DNA from: Convolutriloba macropyga | Lineage: Eukaryota | Assembly (NCBI RefSeq): GCF_964194025.1 | Contig: NC_134472.1 | Span: 27,094,001 to 27,158,000 of the forward strand | DNA: 64,000 nucleotides | Direction: 5' to 3' | Part shown: positions 23,980 through 36,523 of the stretch, one piece after another | Layout of the letters: every line of letters starts with the position of its first letter | How positions within the stretch are numbered: the stretch's first letter is position 1 | Notes under the pieces: model-generated | What the model was told of the DNA's origin: nothing | The model's database searches: none | The model's input: only the letters and a program-made list of their open reading frames with translations | Made by a program: the position numbers and the translations under genes

Positions 23980-24121
23980 AATTTAGAGCTAATATATAGT
24001 AGTGGATAAAACAAGGGATTCAAAAAACAGTAAAATTTGGCCCGATTCGACATGCGCGATTAGCGTTAGGAGAAAGGGACAAATTTTACTGGTGGTTGAA
24101 TCCCTTGTTTTATCCACTACT
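23980..24121. repeat. Right TIR, containing a 124-nt hairpin (23998-24121)
   Basis: 23998-24023 AGTAGTGGATAAAACAAGGGATTCAA is the exact reverse complement of 24096-24121. Confidence 0.95.
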
Positions 24122-24421
24122 CTCGCTCGATGTTTAGTTGCAGAAGTGATGGAAAAGAAATCATCAGCAAACAGTTCAGCAATCTCGATAATTGAAAAGA
24201 AAATTTAAAGCGTAAAAATTGAACTCTGATTTGTACGATCTAACTGTATCGCTATCGCATAATTTCATTAATTACATTCATGAGGAAACTAATGAACTAT
24301 TAAACAAAATTTTTGTGTTATGATCAGGTACTTAATCAAACTAAAGGCTGGTTTCTGTAGAGGCAAAACAGTCCAGAGTGCCATTCTAAGTAAAACTAGG
24401 GTTGCTGTTCTCTCTATTCAT

Positions 24422-25562
24422 CTATTTGTCCTTTTTGTTAGTTTTCATTTTGTGTTTCTCCCTGAAAAGTTTAACTTGATCGCGAGCCCTCCTGTTCAGA
24501 TATCTTCCCCTGCTGGTGTCCTCGCGCGGAGACTTTTCATAGAATGACCTCTCAAAAGGGTTAGGCAATAGAGGTGGGCTTGCGGGTGTTCTGGGAGGAA
24601 CCTTGTAGAAGCCATTCATCGCAAATGACAGATCTCGTTCCAATTTCAACCTGTTTTCTGCCTCAAAACCAACGGATTTATCTTCTTTAATGTTGGGATT
24701 TCGTGGCGCGGTACTGTGATTGTAGTATCTGTTTGTGTTGAGGGTTTGAGAAGGGGAGACAGACAGTTTTACATCCAGTTGTTCACCAACGACTGGAGGT
24801 TGTGTTTGTTTGGCATCAAAGCCGTCGATGAGGTCTTGTAAATTGGCATGGGGGAATTTTGATGAAGCTTGTAGAGTGGGGCTGGGCTCCCTTTCACTCC
24901 GTAGCAACATATTGGACAATGCACTTGTGTAGCATTTGAGACACCTAATAAATGAATTTTGTTCATGCTCTTATATTTTTGTCACCCACCACAAGCAAAG
25001 CTAATAGCCTTCTTGTGCACTCAAAAGGTAAATAGGCTAGGCTAGATCGTATCCAGAATCTGTGAAGAGGAATAATTTTGAGAGTTTTGTGGAGAAAATG
25101 ATCGAAAACGTTGCAGAAATTATGTACTAAAAATGATTTGACTTGTTAATAGTGAACACATGAATTGTCTGATTTTGGCCAGATCGCCTCAAATTGCTGC
25201 TAAACTGATAGCTAGAAAGCTTACCAATCAATGGGGTCAGACTCGTGTATATGTGTACTGTTGTCTGATTGTAAATGGCCAATCAACCCCATTCTAGATT
25301 TTTCCCTCTTCAATTTGGCACCCCTTCCTAAGCCCATACAGCTCTTCTCATCGTTCATTGCCAGTTCGATGTCGCTTTTAACATGATGCTCGATTCGCTG
25401 CTCATGTTGAAGTGTTTTGTGTATGTTGTAATGGAACTTCCTAGCTTTGTCTAAAGAGTCAACCTGCGTTCTGATTGGCGAGTTTGAGGGAGCGTACAGA
25501 ATCACAGGTTGAAGGTCGTTTTTCCTGATGAATTTCGAACTCTGCTGATGATGAAGTGACAT
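24422..25562 (-). CDS. Probable two-exon host gene of unknown function (exons 25562-25225 and 24944-24422, about 286 aa)
   Basis: Donor TG|GTAAG at 25225/25224 and acceptor TTTATTAG|G at 24945/24944 join the two ORFs in frame (...PIDWCLKCYTSALSNMLL...). Confidence 0.55.
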
Positions 25563-26949
25563 TTATAATTTTTTTGGTCTTTGGAGCTCAAGAAAGTTGC
25601 TCAAACAAAGACAAAGATTTCTATCAAAGTGTACACGTAATGTTATGAAAAATTAGTCAAAATATTTGTCAAGATTATAAATTGGTCTGTAAACTGATGT
25701 TTGAAGAAGGTATATAGTCGATTGATGTTGTTAAGAATTGCCTTGGACCATAAAAATCAAACGAAGACTCTCAAATTTAACATCTGATTTGCTGGTTTCA
25801 AGAGAGTCAAGCTGAGAAAACAACAATGTTAAACAATCTGAACAAGATGCGCTCGAACAATTTCTGTTGTTTTTTGTGGTCTGTCTTTGTTAACAACTTG
25901 TTAGTTTGATACACTCAGCCGTGTACTGTAACAAGCCTGACGTTTTTCGATCTTGTGAGCTTACGTATTCACTTCAAAGTGAGAAACTACGTTTTGTAAT
26001 TAATACGTACTATACTCCCTGACGCCGAATGAAGTTTGTTTTTGATTTAGTGCTGGTTGTGCACTTTGATCTAGATTTCGTTGTTTGAAGTTCTATATTT
26101 GCTTACAGGGAAATATGACAATCTGTGGTCAAGTGCATATTAAAAGTGGGCTTCAAAAGGTTCATAGGTAAGCGATAAATTGTACAGTAAATGGCACGAT
26201 CTCTGAACTTTTGAGTTCGGCGCCAGGGCACCGAAGTCTTTAATTGCGGGTTGCGAAAGTGAATTAAAACATGATTCGCGTGTCTGTGCTTTGGCACAAC
26301 TATTTCAGACCTTCCTCTCAATGATACTGTAGGGAACTAATTTTTAATCCTATTTGGCATTCATTTTTATTATACGAATTTCAACAGCTCTCAATTGCGA
26401 AGTTTTGAGTACATATTGTTTCAACTCTCCAAATTTGTTTGGGTTTGAAATTTAATACCATTGGGACTTTTTTGTTGAGCCAATTTTGGATGAGATAATA
26501 AGTGAAGTTTTTGAAATTTTTGAGATCTCAAAGAAAGATTGATGCTCAAAGTTTTGACCTTGTCTCATATCTTATTTGGAGAGAATATATAAGCAGTTCA
26601 AAGCATAACAAAATTTGGGTTAAAATTAGTGATGCACTAAGTTTGTTTCAAGAGCAGTTGTAATTTTTCTTTGGGGGAAATTCGAATTCTTTATCCACAA
26701 GTTTAATCTTACTTTCGGACCGCTAATATGTTGAAAACATACTGTTGCGATTGGTCTTTTTCTAAATATATACCAAGAAACATAAAATCATCGTTCCAAC
26801 CATTCTGCTTGCTTGCTTTCTAATCCAATCGTTTTGAAAATGTATGCCAAATGATCTTTCCTCTGACTTTCTATTTTGGCTTTCTTTTTCTCCAGAATTA
26901 CAAATCAGAATTCAAACCACAATTACGATCAATGATTTTTTTTCTGCTT

Positions 26950-28950
26950 CATTAATAAGGGAACTGTACGACACAAATTGCCATAATGAACAAACGACAG
27001 GCGAGATGAATACCCTATACAGAGTAGAAAATCCACCTTACGTTCACCCAACATTCACCCAATACGTTCATCGAATGAGACTCAGACCAATTGAGTCACA
27101 ATGCGATTTCGAAGATTTACCGGGTATACTCAAGGGAGATTGAAGTTGACCCCACCATCCCAGAGGAGGAACGAGAACCACAAGTAATGGACAACCAAGT
27201 TCATAATGTCACCATCGAAATAGTAATTAACCATCAGGATAACATGGTTCTACCCAGAACTACCCGTGACACCAGAATAGTTACCACCACTACCGCACTA
27301 CCGTTTGGTTGCTTATTTCAAGCACCCTATTAATATTAACTTAGAAAAATAAGTCAGCAGAAATCAGACCTTTTTTGCCTTGTACCCCGCACTTGAAAAA
27401 ACTAAGCAAAATACTGAATAAACCCCTTATTAAACGACCATTTCAGATAGTTGGAAATCACTAGCACAGCTCCTTGATACGGGAGATGCCACATCGCGAT
27501 AGATGTTTGGAACGTTTTTTTTTCAGCATAGATAAACTCTCAACATACACGATAAACAAAAACCCACCCATTGATTTAATTAAATTTTGCAATAAACTCA
27601 TTTTAAAATGCTATTAATTATAAATAGCCGAATTGCAAGAGTTGAAATTATTTGACAATCAACCGCTGCCATTCAAGTCAACGTTACATTCGAAGACAAC
27701 TCAGTCAACTAAGTTAAAATAATTTATTCCGGAATAAAACCACTCAACAGCTTAGCAGTGTTTACATCGAATTCAGCTGGCTTCTACAACACCATGCCCC
27801 AAAAACTCAACCAAAAACAGTAAGTTACTTTAAGTATCCAACCAAATAACCCGTTGCTTTTTGAAAACAGTCCATAAAAATACTTTCTAATTACGTTTTT
27901 TGATCTAACTTTTCTGACACATACACACAAAATCAAACTCAAAATAATGGCAGACCCAAGCCCTCCTCATCTCCACCTTAGACGTTTCTCTGGATTACCA
28001 AATGAAAACTGGGACCAATTTGAAGGCATGCTTTGAGCAAGCATTGCCGTATTAAGAATACCTGAAGCCCATCATCAACGAGCGCACTTTACTTTTATCT
28101 CTGGCTGCCAGAAGCTACGCGAAACAACCTGGACAACTCACTATAAGACCTACACAACCGCTATGCAGGGTAAGATAAAAGAAAAAATTCAAGCTTGACC
28201 TACATTTCCGAAAGATTGACCTCATAATTGAACAGCTTGACGATTTTCTCAACGGCCTACAACGGCTCGCGAATCTTGCAAAAGTAGACGACGCCGACGC
28301 AACCATAGATCGCACAGACGAAAGACAACGAAGAATCAGTAAGCAATTTATACAAGGCATGCTATTCAAACACAAGAAAGTTCTCCTGAAAGAAAATGAG
28401 AACATTGCAGTGAAAAAAAAACAACCGGCGAGATGGATACCCTATACAAAGTAGAAAACCCTGACCAATACCAATTACATTGTTAGAAAAGTCACCACAA
28501 CATTCACCCAATGCGGTCAGCGAAGGAGACTCAGGCAAATTGAGCTACAATACGAATTCGAAGGTTTACTGGGTATTCCCATGGAAGTTTGAAGTTGACC
28601 CCACCATCCCACAGGAGGAACGAGAACCACGAGTAATGGACAACCAATTTCTTGACACCATCATAATAATAATAAACAATCGGAACATGTTTCTACCCAG
28701 AACTACCCCTTCTACCGGAACAGTTAACGTCACTACAGTTTGGTTGCCTATATCAAGCACCCCTATTAACTTAGAAAAATAAGTTATCAGAAATCAGAAC
28801 TTTTCTACCTTGTACCCTGCACTTGAAAAAACTTAGCAAAATTCTGAATAAAAACCTTACTAGAAGATATCATTTCAGATAGGTTAAAACGACTATCCAA
28901 GCTCCTTGATACGGGAGATGACGTAGGAAAGGTAGAGTAAAGCATTAATT
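26950..28950 (+). mobile_element. Rearranged Ty3/gypsy remnants: two copies of an integrase-tail block around a gag N-terminal fragment
   Basis: About 500-bp diverged direct repeats (about 26990-27490 and 28420-28920) with FTQYVHRMRLRP, matching FTQCVHRIRLRP at about 48965; MADPSPPHLHLRRFSGLPNENWDQFE at 27948 parallels the gag start at 43700. Confidence 0.65.
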
Positions 28951-31480
28951 GATGGACTACAACACTGAGGTACTTCAAAAATTTCTTATCTACTCTGTTG
29001 AATAATTTTTCCAAAATTCTATACGGCAATAGGCAGTGTGACTTAAAAATCACGGGGACTTAAAAATGCTTCGTCTGATCTCTATTTCAAGGGAAATGAT
29101 AGAGCGTGTAAATATTCGTTCACTTTTTAGAACTTTGGTCCACATTTTTATCGGGCAAAACAATTGAAACCAATTTCTTCGACAATTATAAATGTTTTGA
29201 AGAAAAGCCTGCTTAAAATTATGCTTGATTAATGAAATTACTATTTTATCGTGGTTACGAGATAAAATTATTCTCAATAATTTGGTTCAAATCCCGCTAA
29301 ACAATCGCGGTGGAAGGAATATTACTAATAAACATCACATCAACTTAACGTCAAAAACTAACAAAACATTCTGTCCCGACAAAATTGCTCCATTTCAACT
29401 TCCGAGCTGATTAAAGATGGAGGTATGGATATTGAAGGATCGAAAGGAAATTAGAGACCGGTCATATTTTGTAAATAGTAAATGCATTTTAAAATTAATA
29501 TCTTTTGGGATAGTCTTGATGCATAACTCAAATATCGTTGCAAGGCGGCAAAGTTGTTTTAATAGTCAGTCAAGCGGCTACGCAATCCTTCCTAATTTTT
29601 AGTATTATTTATTATCGTAGGATCAGTAGGAATAATAATTGCGTGTCACTTGTGACGTGGGAGGCTTTGACTAGCTTAATGATTTTTGTGCTCTTGAAAA
29701 ACAAGTTGAAGAGATCCCCTTTTTGTTTTCTGCCGCTTGTACGAGATTGAAGAGCAGAGTTGGAAGGAGTCGGATCCGAGTTGAAACAAAAGTTAAAATC
29801 AATGGGGCATCAGTTGTGATCAGCTAATCAATTCAGACCACCCATACAAATCAAAGCTCATTGAGAAGTAGCCCTTTATAAAAATCACTCTATAAGCATA
29901 CGTTATTCAATATTTCGGGAGGCGTTAGGCAATTAGAGCTCACAGTTGTCGGGTGCTGAATTGCTGATCGGTTCCCAGAACTTTGTTCCATCTTTTTATA
30001 CCATAATTTTTCTGTTACGTAATGCAGAAAAAAATACTTTATTCCCCTAAGCCGGCAAGAATAGTGCAAACGTTCAAATAGCTTCAAAAGAGGGTGCATA
30101 GAGGATAGACTGAAAATTTACTTCTTTTCAAAGAAATAACATTAAAATTAACTGTTCTTACCGGAGATCGACTAAAATTCTGATTGTTATGCTTCTTAAT
30201 CGAAGTTTTTAAAAAATAATTAGTTTTCAACTGATGGTACCATACGATTTATATTCCTTATAATCTGTAAGATAACCTAAACAGGAATTAAAAAAATGAC
30301 GGGGAAGTTTTTGTTTTGTTCGTGAGCTTTTAACTCTTCGGGTAGATTATTCCAATCTAGAGTTTGTTTCATGAGCGAGCGTTCAAGTTTCTGCCATGAT
30401 AATTTTAAATTCAAATAATTTTCCAGTCCGTTTGTTTTCGATGAGATTGCCAGCTAGGAAGTCGTGGTTCATTGAATGTTTGAAGAGCTGGTTTTAATTA
30501 TTCTTTCAATTTCCAGATAATCTGCCTCCTGATATAAGAACAAGCCACCGACGTCAAGAATTGGCTCTGCGAGGAACAGTGGCCGGGCTAGACTGGAGGA
30601 AGCTAGAATTTTTGCTGCTTCCTTAAACATGGAAGACTGATGTGATTTAGTTAGCTAAATCACTGTCTTCTACCAGATAAAATTCAACCTTTTTCATCTT
30701 AATTAAATAGTCAATAGGAAGAATGAGTTCCCCAGTTTTAAGATGTCTCGTGGATTCCATCTGTCTTCTACCGTCTTAAACTTGTATGCTAAAATTTTGT
30801 TGTGTTTCTGAAGAGACCTGTAGGGCATGTCATTTGTCTATCCAGTTAAATCTGATGCTCAAAAGCATGTAAAAACGTGGCAACCTCAGTATTTTCTTTG
30901 AAATGAAAAATTTAAAAATTAAAGGCCAGTGGCTTTTTTGCATTATTTGTCAGTGTTCACCTCTTCCTTAAGCATTGCATTATTGTTTGCCAAGTTTTTG
31001 AGATAAATATTTGGAAGTTTAATGATTTAATTTAATTGAATGTCTTATTTGCTATTTTTTTCGAGATCTTCTGGTTTGCGTAGCTTTTTGTGCCATAGTA
31101 TTAACAAAAGGCATTTCAAACAGTCTATTAACTGAATTATATGAGCCTGAATTATAATTGTACCTGAATTACGTACTGTTTCGTCTTCCCCAAAGCAAAT
31201 TTTAAGTGCAAATTTTTTATTAATGGTATGTGCGCCTGACTGTTCTTTACACAGTAATTGAGGGATTCTGACAAATTAGATCCTAGCTTTGTTTCATCAA
31301 ACGTTGTTCGCAACTGAAGCTCTTCTTAGAGAAACTGCCCAAATGCGTATGTTGCCTTGAAAAATCAATTCTATAGCTCTAGCGCCGCATGCTATCTTTA
31401 ACAATTAATTTTGCTCTGGGGAAGAAGAAACTGCTTTTCATTCAGGCGCTTATAGTTCAGTTCATAGGATATTTCAAACG

Positions 31481-31771
31481 CATATTGTCATCTGAGTTAT
31501 TTTCTTGGAGGCTATGAAAATCGTTTTAGTACAGTTAGAACTACATAATATTTCCCTGAGAGCTTTGAGAAACGTAGAATTGCATTTTTCGAACAATTTG
31601 TAATGGGAACTATATTATGGGCTGCCTGTTTTCAAATTGTTATCTGAGTTATATTCTTGGAAGCTATGAAAGTCTATAAGTACCATTAGAACTATATGAT
31701 ATTTCCTAAGAGCTTTGAGAAATCTAGAATTGCATTTTTCTAGCATTAAATTTGTAATGAGAACTTTATTA
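31481..31771. repeat. Diverged tandem duplication, unit about 150 bp
   Basis: ATCTGAGTTAT..TCTTGGA.GCTATGAAA...AGAGCTTTGAGAAA..TAGAATTGCATTTTTC occurs twice. Confidence 0.8.
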
Positions 31772-33133
31772 TAGGTCGTCTTTATTTGTCCACCCAAAGT
31801 TGAAAACTCTTGTGTGTATTCAAGAAAGGTGTGATTGGTAATATTCAAATATCATCAAGTGCAGAACTCAAATCTAAAACTAAATAGAACTAAATTTACC
31901 CTCCAACTCCACACATTTACCCTCTCTCGCACACACAAACATGATTTTAGTTGATTTCACTCTCATATGTCATGTAATTTTTGTTTGTTTAAAGTGGTTT
32001 TGAGATACGTTGTTCGTAAGGTATATGCATTGGTAATTGGCTGCATTCATAGAAAATTCGTATTGAATTTGGTGATTTGTTATCTATCGCTTTTTAGGAC
32101 TTAATGTCGCTACTATACCGCTTTAAACTTGAAGATGGGTTATTAGGTTGATTTTTGTGACAAAATAATTTTCTTTAGGACATCGATAACTAGGACGTTT
32201 TAGCTTATTTTTTAGAACATTCGAGAATTTTTTTCAAGTTCTTCGCCAACTTTTCCGTTTTGCCTGTGTCTGTTATATGAAATTTTTTTCCTCTTGGCTG
32301 ATAATTGAAATTCTTTGGGGGCCTCTAACAAGAGAAAGTTAGATTTGAAAACAATATATTCAAGACAAATTGTGGCCAAATTATCTGTACTCTATCGCAG
32401 AGAAATGGTTTTTGACTGCTTTACATCATAAAGTGCTATAATACCACTGTTAATTTTTTCATCAAAATTTATTTCTCTCTCTCTCTCTTTGTTTCCAAGT
32501 GGTCAATAAATTGTTAAATAGGTTTCAGTTGCTTTTTTATCGTGTCTTCTGGAAGGAACAATTTTGTATTGAGGAAATTTATGGATATTGAAAATATTAT
32601 AAATTTTCGAGTTGCTTATATATTGATATTAACTTCTGATTAGACTTTTCTTTATTGCACTTTTGCGCTCGACGACTGAAGAAATTTTGTTATTCCATTA
32701 ATGCGCAAATAAATTTTCTTTGATTTTTTTCTGCGGCTGTTGGTATTGAGTGCATTGAAAGTTGCGTGCGTTTTTCCTTGTCCGTCTGCATTTTTTTTCG
32801 TTTTTGAGTTTCTCTTTGTTCAGAGTCCTGTGTTTCTTTCGATACCCTTGTCCTGAAATGTCAGTAGTTTTTCAATATTTTATTTATTGCTCTTGAACGA
32901 AGTTCATAGCAATTATTGTAAACGTGTTGGTCTTTCTTTATGCAAATTTTTTGCTTGACCGTTTTTGCGCTTTTGTATAGTTCTCTTAAGAGAACTCTAG
33001 CTAGAGTGCTACTTAAGAGTTCTCAAGTGACTTTTCCCCCGCTTTCGTGCTTCATTTTTGAGTGATCTCTATTGCTCTCACTCCGACGTAAAGCTTGTTG
33101 CTAATAAAAGTTCGGTTGCAGCTTAGCAAGAAG

Positions 33134-33216
33134 GGCCTGATAGACGAGTGGGCAGTTCTTCTGTTTAGGGATCAGGAGGTCCATTGTTCGAATCCCGGCG
33201 TGGTAAAATTTTTTTT
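33134..33216 (+). mobile_element. tRNA-derived SINE head or tRNA pseudogene
   Basis: A-box-like TAGACGAGTGG, B-box GTTCGAATCCC, followed by an oligo-T run; no clean cloverleaf. Confidence 0.5.
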
Positions 33217-34837
33217 ATCACCCGCCTGTCGTTCGAGAGCAATTCTTTGGACATTAGGTTTATTTTTTAGGATTTGTACTGCTCCGCTTTTTGCGAGTAG
33301 TGTTCACGCATTTGTTTGATGACGTGCTTTTGAAACTTGATCCAAGTTTTTGAAAGTTAACGAGAAAATTTTTTGAAATTTTGGAGCCAAAAGTTGTGAG
33401 GTTTGATTTTCAGATATGAGATCTGCAATAAATTGGTTTACACTTGAATTTGTTCGAGTACATCAGGTTATTGTGCATTTAAAATCTTTTATGCTCGTAA
33501 AATAAGATAACAATAGTAAAAATTCTGAGAAACAGTAAAAAAAAAATTACAAATAAAACGAATTGTCTCATGTGATTTTTTTTTAAATTTTGACCAAGAA
33601 GTTCGATTTCAGCTGTTTAATGTGGAGATATTAATTCTTTTTTACCAGCAGTAACTAAGAATTATATGCAGAGGCCAGAAAAATTTTGAAAGAAGTCGGC
33701 TACCAATCTCAAACAATATCTTTTTAAATGCTTGAAGAATGTTGAAAATGAACTTCTCAAAAAGGAACAGATCTCTGGGTCCCAACGATTGCAATATTAT
33801 ATTTATGAGATCTTCAAAAATAATAAAACCGCAAATAGAAAAATCAATAGAATAAATACAAACCATCAAAATACAAGGAGAGCATTGAAACCGAGGAACA
33901 GCTTCAATTTAGTCTGATAAAATGATAACTGCAGCCTTACTTAAAATTTTAAATCAGATGGCCATGACAACAATTCCGAAAAAATAAGACTGATTGAGGA
34001 AGTTAGGACCAATTTAGGGCCAGAACTTCAACATCTTGATCAGAATTGGTCTCTCAAAACAGTTTAAATCTGATAAAATTTTGCATAAGTGTTCTAATTG
34101 AACAAGACAAGGACCAATATCAAACAGGAACCACTCAGCTGAAAAATATTAAAATTAAAAAGCTTACAACCCATCTGAAACCACTATTTGGAGAAAATTG
34201 ACTCTAAATTCAAAAAATGATGAAAAAAATGCGCAGATACGTGAAAAAAGTTCACAATGGACCATTTGTCTATTATGACGTAGTTGCAAATGACTTTCTG
34301 AGTTGCACATTAGTTTCTCATTGCAATTTTCTAAGCAAAGGTTTAATTCATTCTTGTTTCTGTCTCTTTTAATGACTGTTGGAAATTTCTGTGCCACGCA
34401 CACTCGTGAAATGTTATCTTTTTATACCATCTTGTTATCTTTAGATTAGTGATAGATTGTTGATTGTCGAAAAGCTATATATTTGTCTTTCTTTTAGTAC
34501 TATAGATGCAATTTCTGAGCGTTATAGTACGCGCTTGCCATTTAACTTTCTAAGATTGATTTTCCCTGCATAATAGATAGATAGTCTGTTTTGACGAGCT
34601 CGTATGACCAAGTCGCATGACACTGACTACCTGAATTCATTAGCTTTGATAACTTACTGAATCAGAAAATGGTTTTTTGGCCGACCTATGAGAGATTTTT
34701 CTAAAAGTTTATTTTTTTCAGTAGCAGATACATTGAAACATATGCTTTGAGCTTCATGTACATTTTGAGCTGCAGTAGTAACCACCCGTTTTTTGGCAAC
34801 CAACCATGTGTCCTCTGATTTTACTTTTAGAAGAGTA

Positions 34838-36523
34838 ATGTCTTCCCCAATGTCGGTGCTGAAGTCTCATAGACGAATGCAAAATCACAACCCAACCACT
34901 GCCAGACGGAGCTCAGATGATCCGCTTAAACTGCCCGAACTGAGCGAGAGAAGTAGGAATCTCTACGGTCGCAATTACCACTCTGGATCTGAAGCTTACA
35001 ACTTCGCCTCGCCGAGAAAACAAAATAGTGACATCGATATGCCTAATCTACTTTGTGACTATACAACTGTTGATATCGCAAACAGAGAACCCACGCCCGA
35101 TAGCTTAGATAAATTCATAGCAGATTATGTACACAATGAGAGTCCAACAAGCAGGCTGAGAAATTCCTCGAATGGGCTCAAAATGTCGCCCAGATCGAAA
35201 GTGAATGGAAACAGCAGTTCTTACAGTCCCTCAGCTCCGGATATAGCTTTGATGACTTCTATGGCTTCTCGATTGCGCCAGGTTGAAAGCCAACTGCAAC
35301 AGTATTCACGTGAAATAATTGAGAAAGATCTGAAGATAAAACAACTTGAAGAACGTCTGAAAACTTCAGAGCGTGAGTTGGATAAGGTCAATGAAGTATA
35401 CTCTAACACAAATATAGGCGTAATGCAGAAAAAATGTGAATCGCTTCAAAAACAAGTTGATGACATGGAAAGTTTCCTTGAAGACTACGGGATGATCTGG
35501 GTTGGAGAGAACCAAGAAGAAGAACAACTGAATGACCCGGATTTATCAAGCGAAGAGAACCCAGGGTTGGGATCTCATAATGACTGGACACCGGCAAACT
35601 CGGTCGATATCTCGAGAAGGATTCCGTTTGATCAGATTTTGAAAGGAGTCCGTGATTTGAATGTTCTGGTGGGCGATGGAATAGCGAGAGTTTCTCAAAC
35701 AAAAACCGGAGCTACTTTCAAGATTCCAGAACCAATCAATCTGGAATTTTACGCGGATGGGTTTATTCTTTTCGAGGGTCCATTTCGTAAATATACAGAT
35801 GAATATTCAAATGAATTTATTCGAGATATTCTAGACGGATATTTCCCCTCGGAGCTTCGAGAGCGTTATCCAGATGGTATCCCGTTTGCAGTCAAAGACC
35901 ACAGGGATTCTTATTTCCTGGAAAGTGAGCAACCGAAGGAATTGTTTCCAGGTTCTGGCCACAAACTTCTGCAAGACTTGGACTCACGGGTTGTCAAATC
36001 TGGCTCCATGAAAGGAAGGAGGAATAGTTTGACATCGAAGGACTTTACAAGGAAGCTTCCTTTGTCTGTTGTGAAAAATGGAAAAGTCATTGACATTCGA
36101 AGTGATATTGAAGCTCAACTAAATCCGAACACTGAAGACCCCGAACAGCCAAAAACTGCTGCTTCAGCATCTGGTAATGGTGTAACAGTTTTAGCCACTA
36201 ATTTTATGAAGAAAGTGTACGAGTTGGACCCACAAGGAGAGGACACGTCAAAAGTGGATCCAGAGATCATAAAAACAGTGTCAACTCTGAGAATCCGATC
36301 TGCTTCCGGACAGAACTGTTTTATTGCCAAAATGTACCACGACGAAACTATAGGGGATCTGAGGAACTACCTACATGCAATACTGCATGAGGCGAAGATC
36401 TATGACATGGAAATTATCACAACTTATCCCCGCAAGGTAGTCCACGATGACAATTCTCAAACATTGCTAGATGCAGGGTTGACACCAACTGCAGTTTTAA
36501 TGCTGAAGGAACCAAAATTGTGA
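34838..36523 (+). CDS. UBXN11: UBX domain-containing protein 11 (coiled coil, SEP, UBX); intronless CDS
   Basis: QVDDMESFLEDYGMIWVGE; SEP FYADGFILFEGPFR...FIRDILDGYFPSELRERYPDG; FPGSG; C-terminal UBX (TYPR..TLLDAGLTPTAVL); first ATG at 34838. Confidence 0.88.
   Translation: MSSPMSVLKSHRRMQNHNPTTARRSSDDPLKLPELSERSRNLYGRNYHSGSEAYNFASPRKQNSDIDMPNLLCDYTTVDIANREPTPDSLDKFIADYVHNESPTSRLRNSSNGLKMSPRSKVNGNSSSYSPSAPDIALMTSMASRLRQVESQLQQYSREIIEKDLKIKQLEERLKTSERELDKVNEVYSNTNIGVMQKKCESLQKQVDDMESFLEDYGMIWVGENQEEEQLNDPDLSSEENPGLGSHNDWTPANSVDISRRIPFDQILKGVRDLNVLVGDGIARVSQTKTGATFKIPEPINLEFYADGFILFEGPFRKYTDEYSNEFIRDILDGYFPSELRERYPDGIPFAVKDHRDSYFLESEQPKELFPGSGHKLLQDLDSRVVKSGSMKGRRNSLTSKDFTRKLPLSVVKNGKVIDIRSDIEAQLNPNTEDPEQPKTAASASGNGVTVLATNFMKKVYELDPQGEDTSKVDPEIIKTVSTLRIRSASGQNCFIAKMYHDETIGDLRNYLHAILHEAKIYDMEIITTYPRKVVHDDNSQTLLDAGLTPTAVLMLKEPKL

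Larger units (their letters stand above)
9526..24121. mobile_element. Polinton/Maverick-type endogenous virus (adintovirus-like), 14,596 bp, partly pseudogenised
   Basis: Termini AGTAGT...ACTACT, about 143-bp imperfect TIRs, 6-bp TSD CTCGCT (9520-9525 and 24122-24127), sharply higher AT content, pPolB, capsid, protease and ATPase genes. Confidence 0.95.

Noticed and set aside
29050-31900. Possible decayed LINE ORF1/endonuclease on the minus strand
   Set aside because: Looks coding-derived, but no diagnostic motif could be read with confidence
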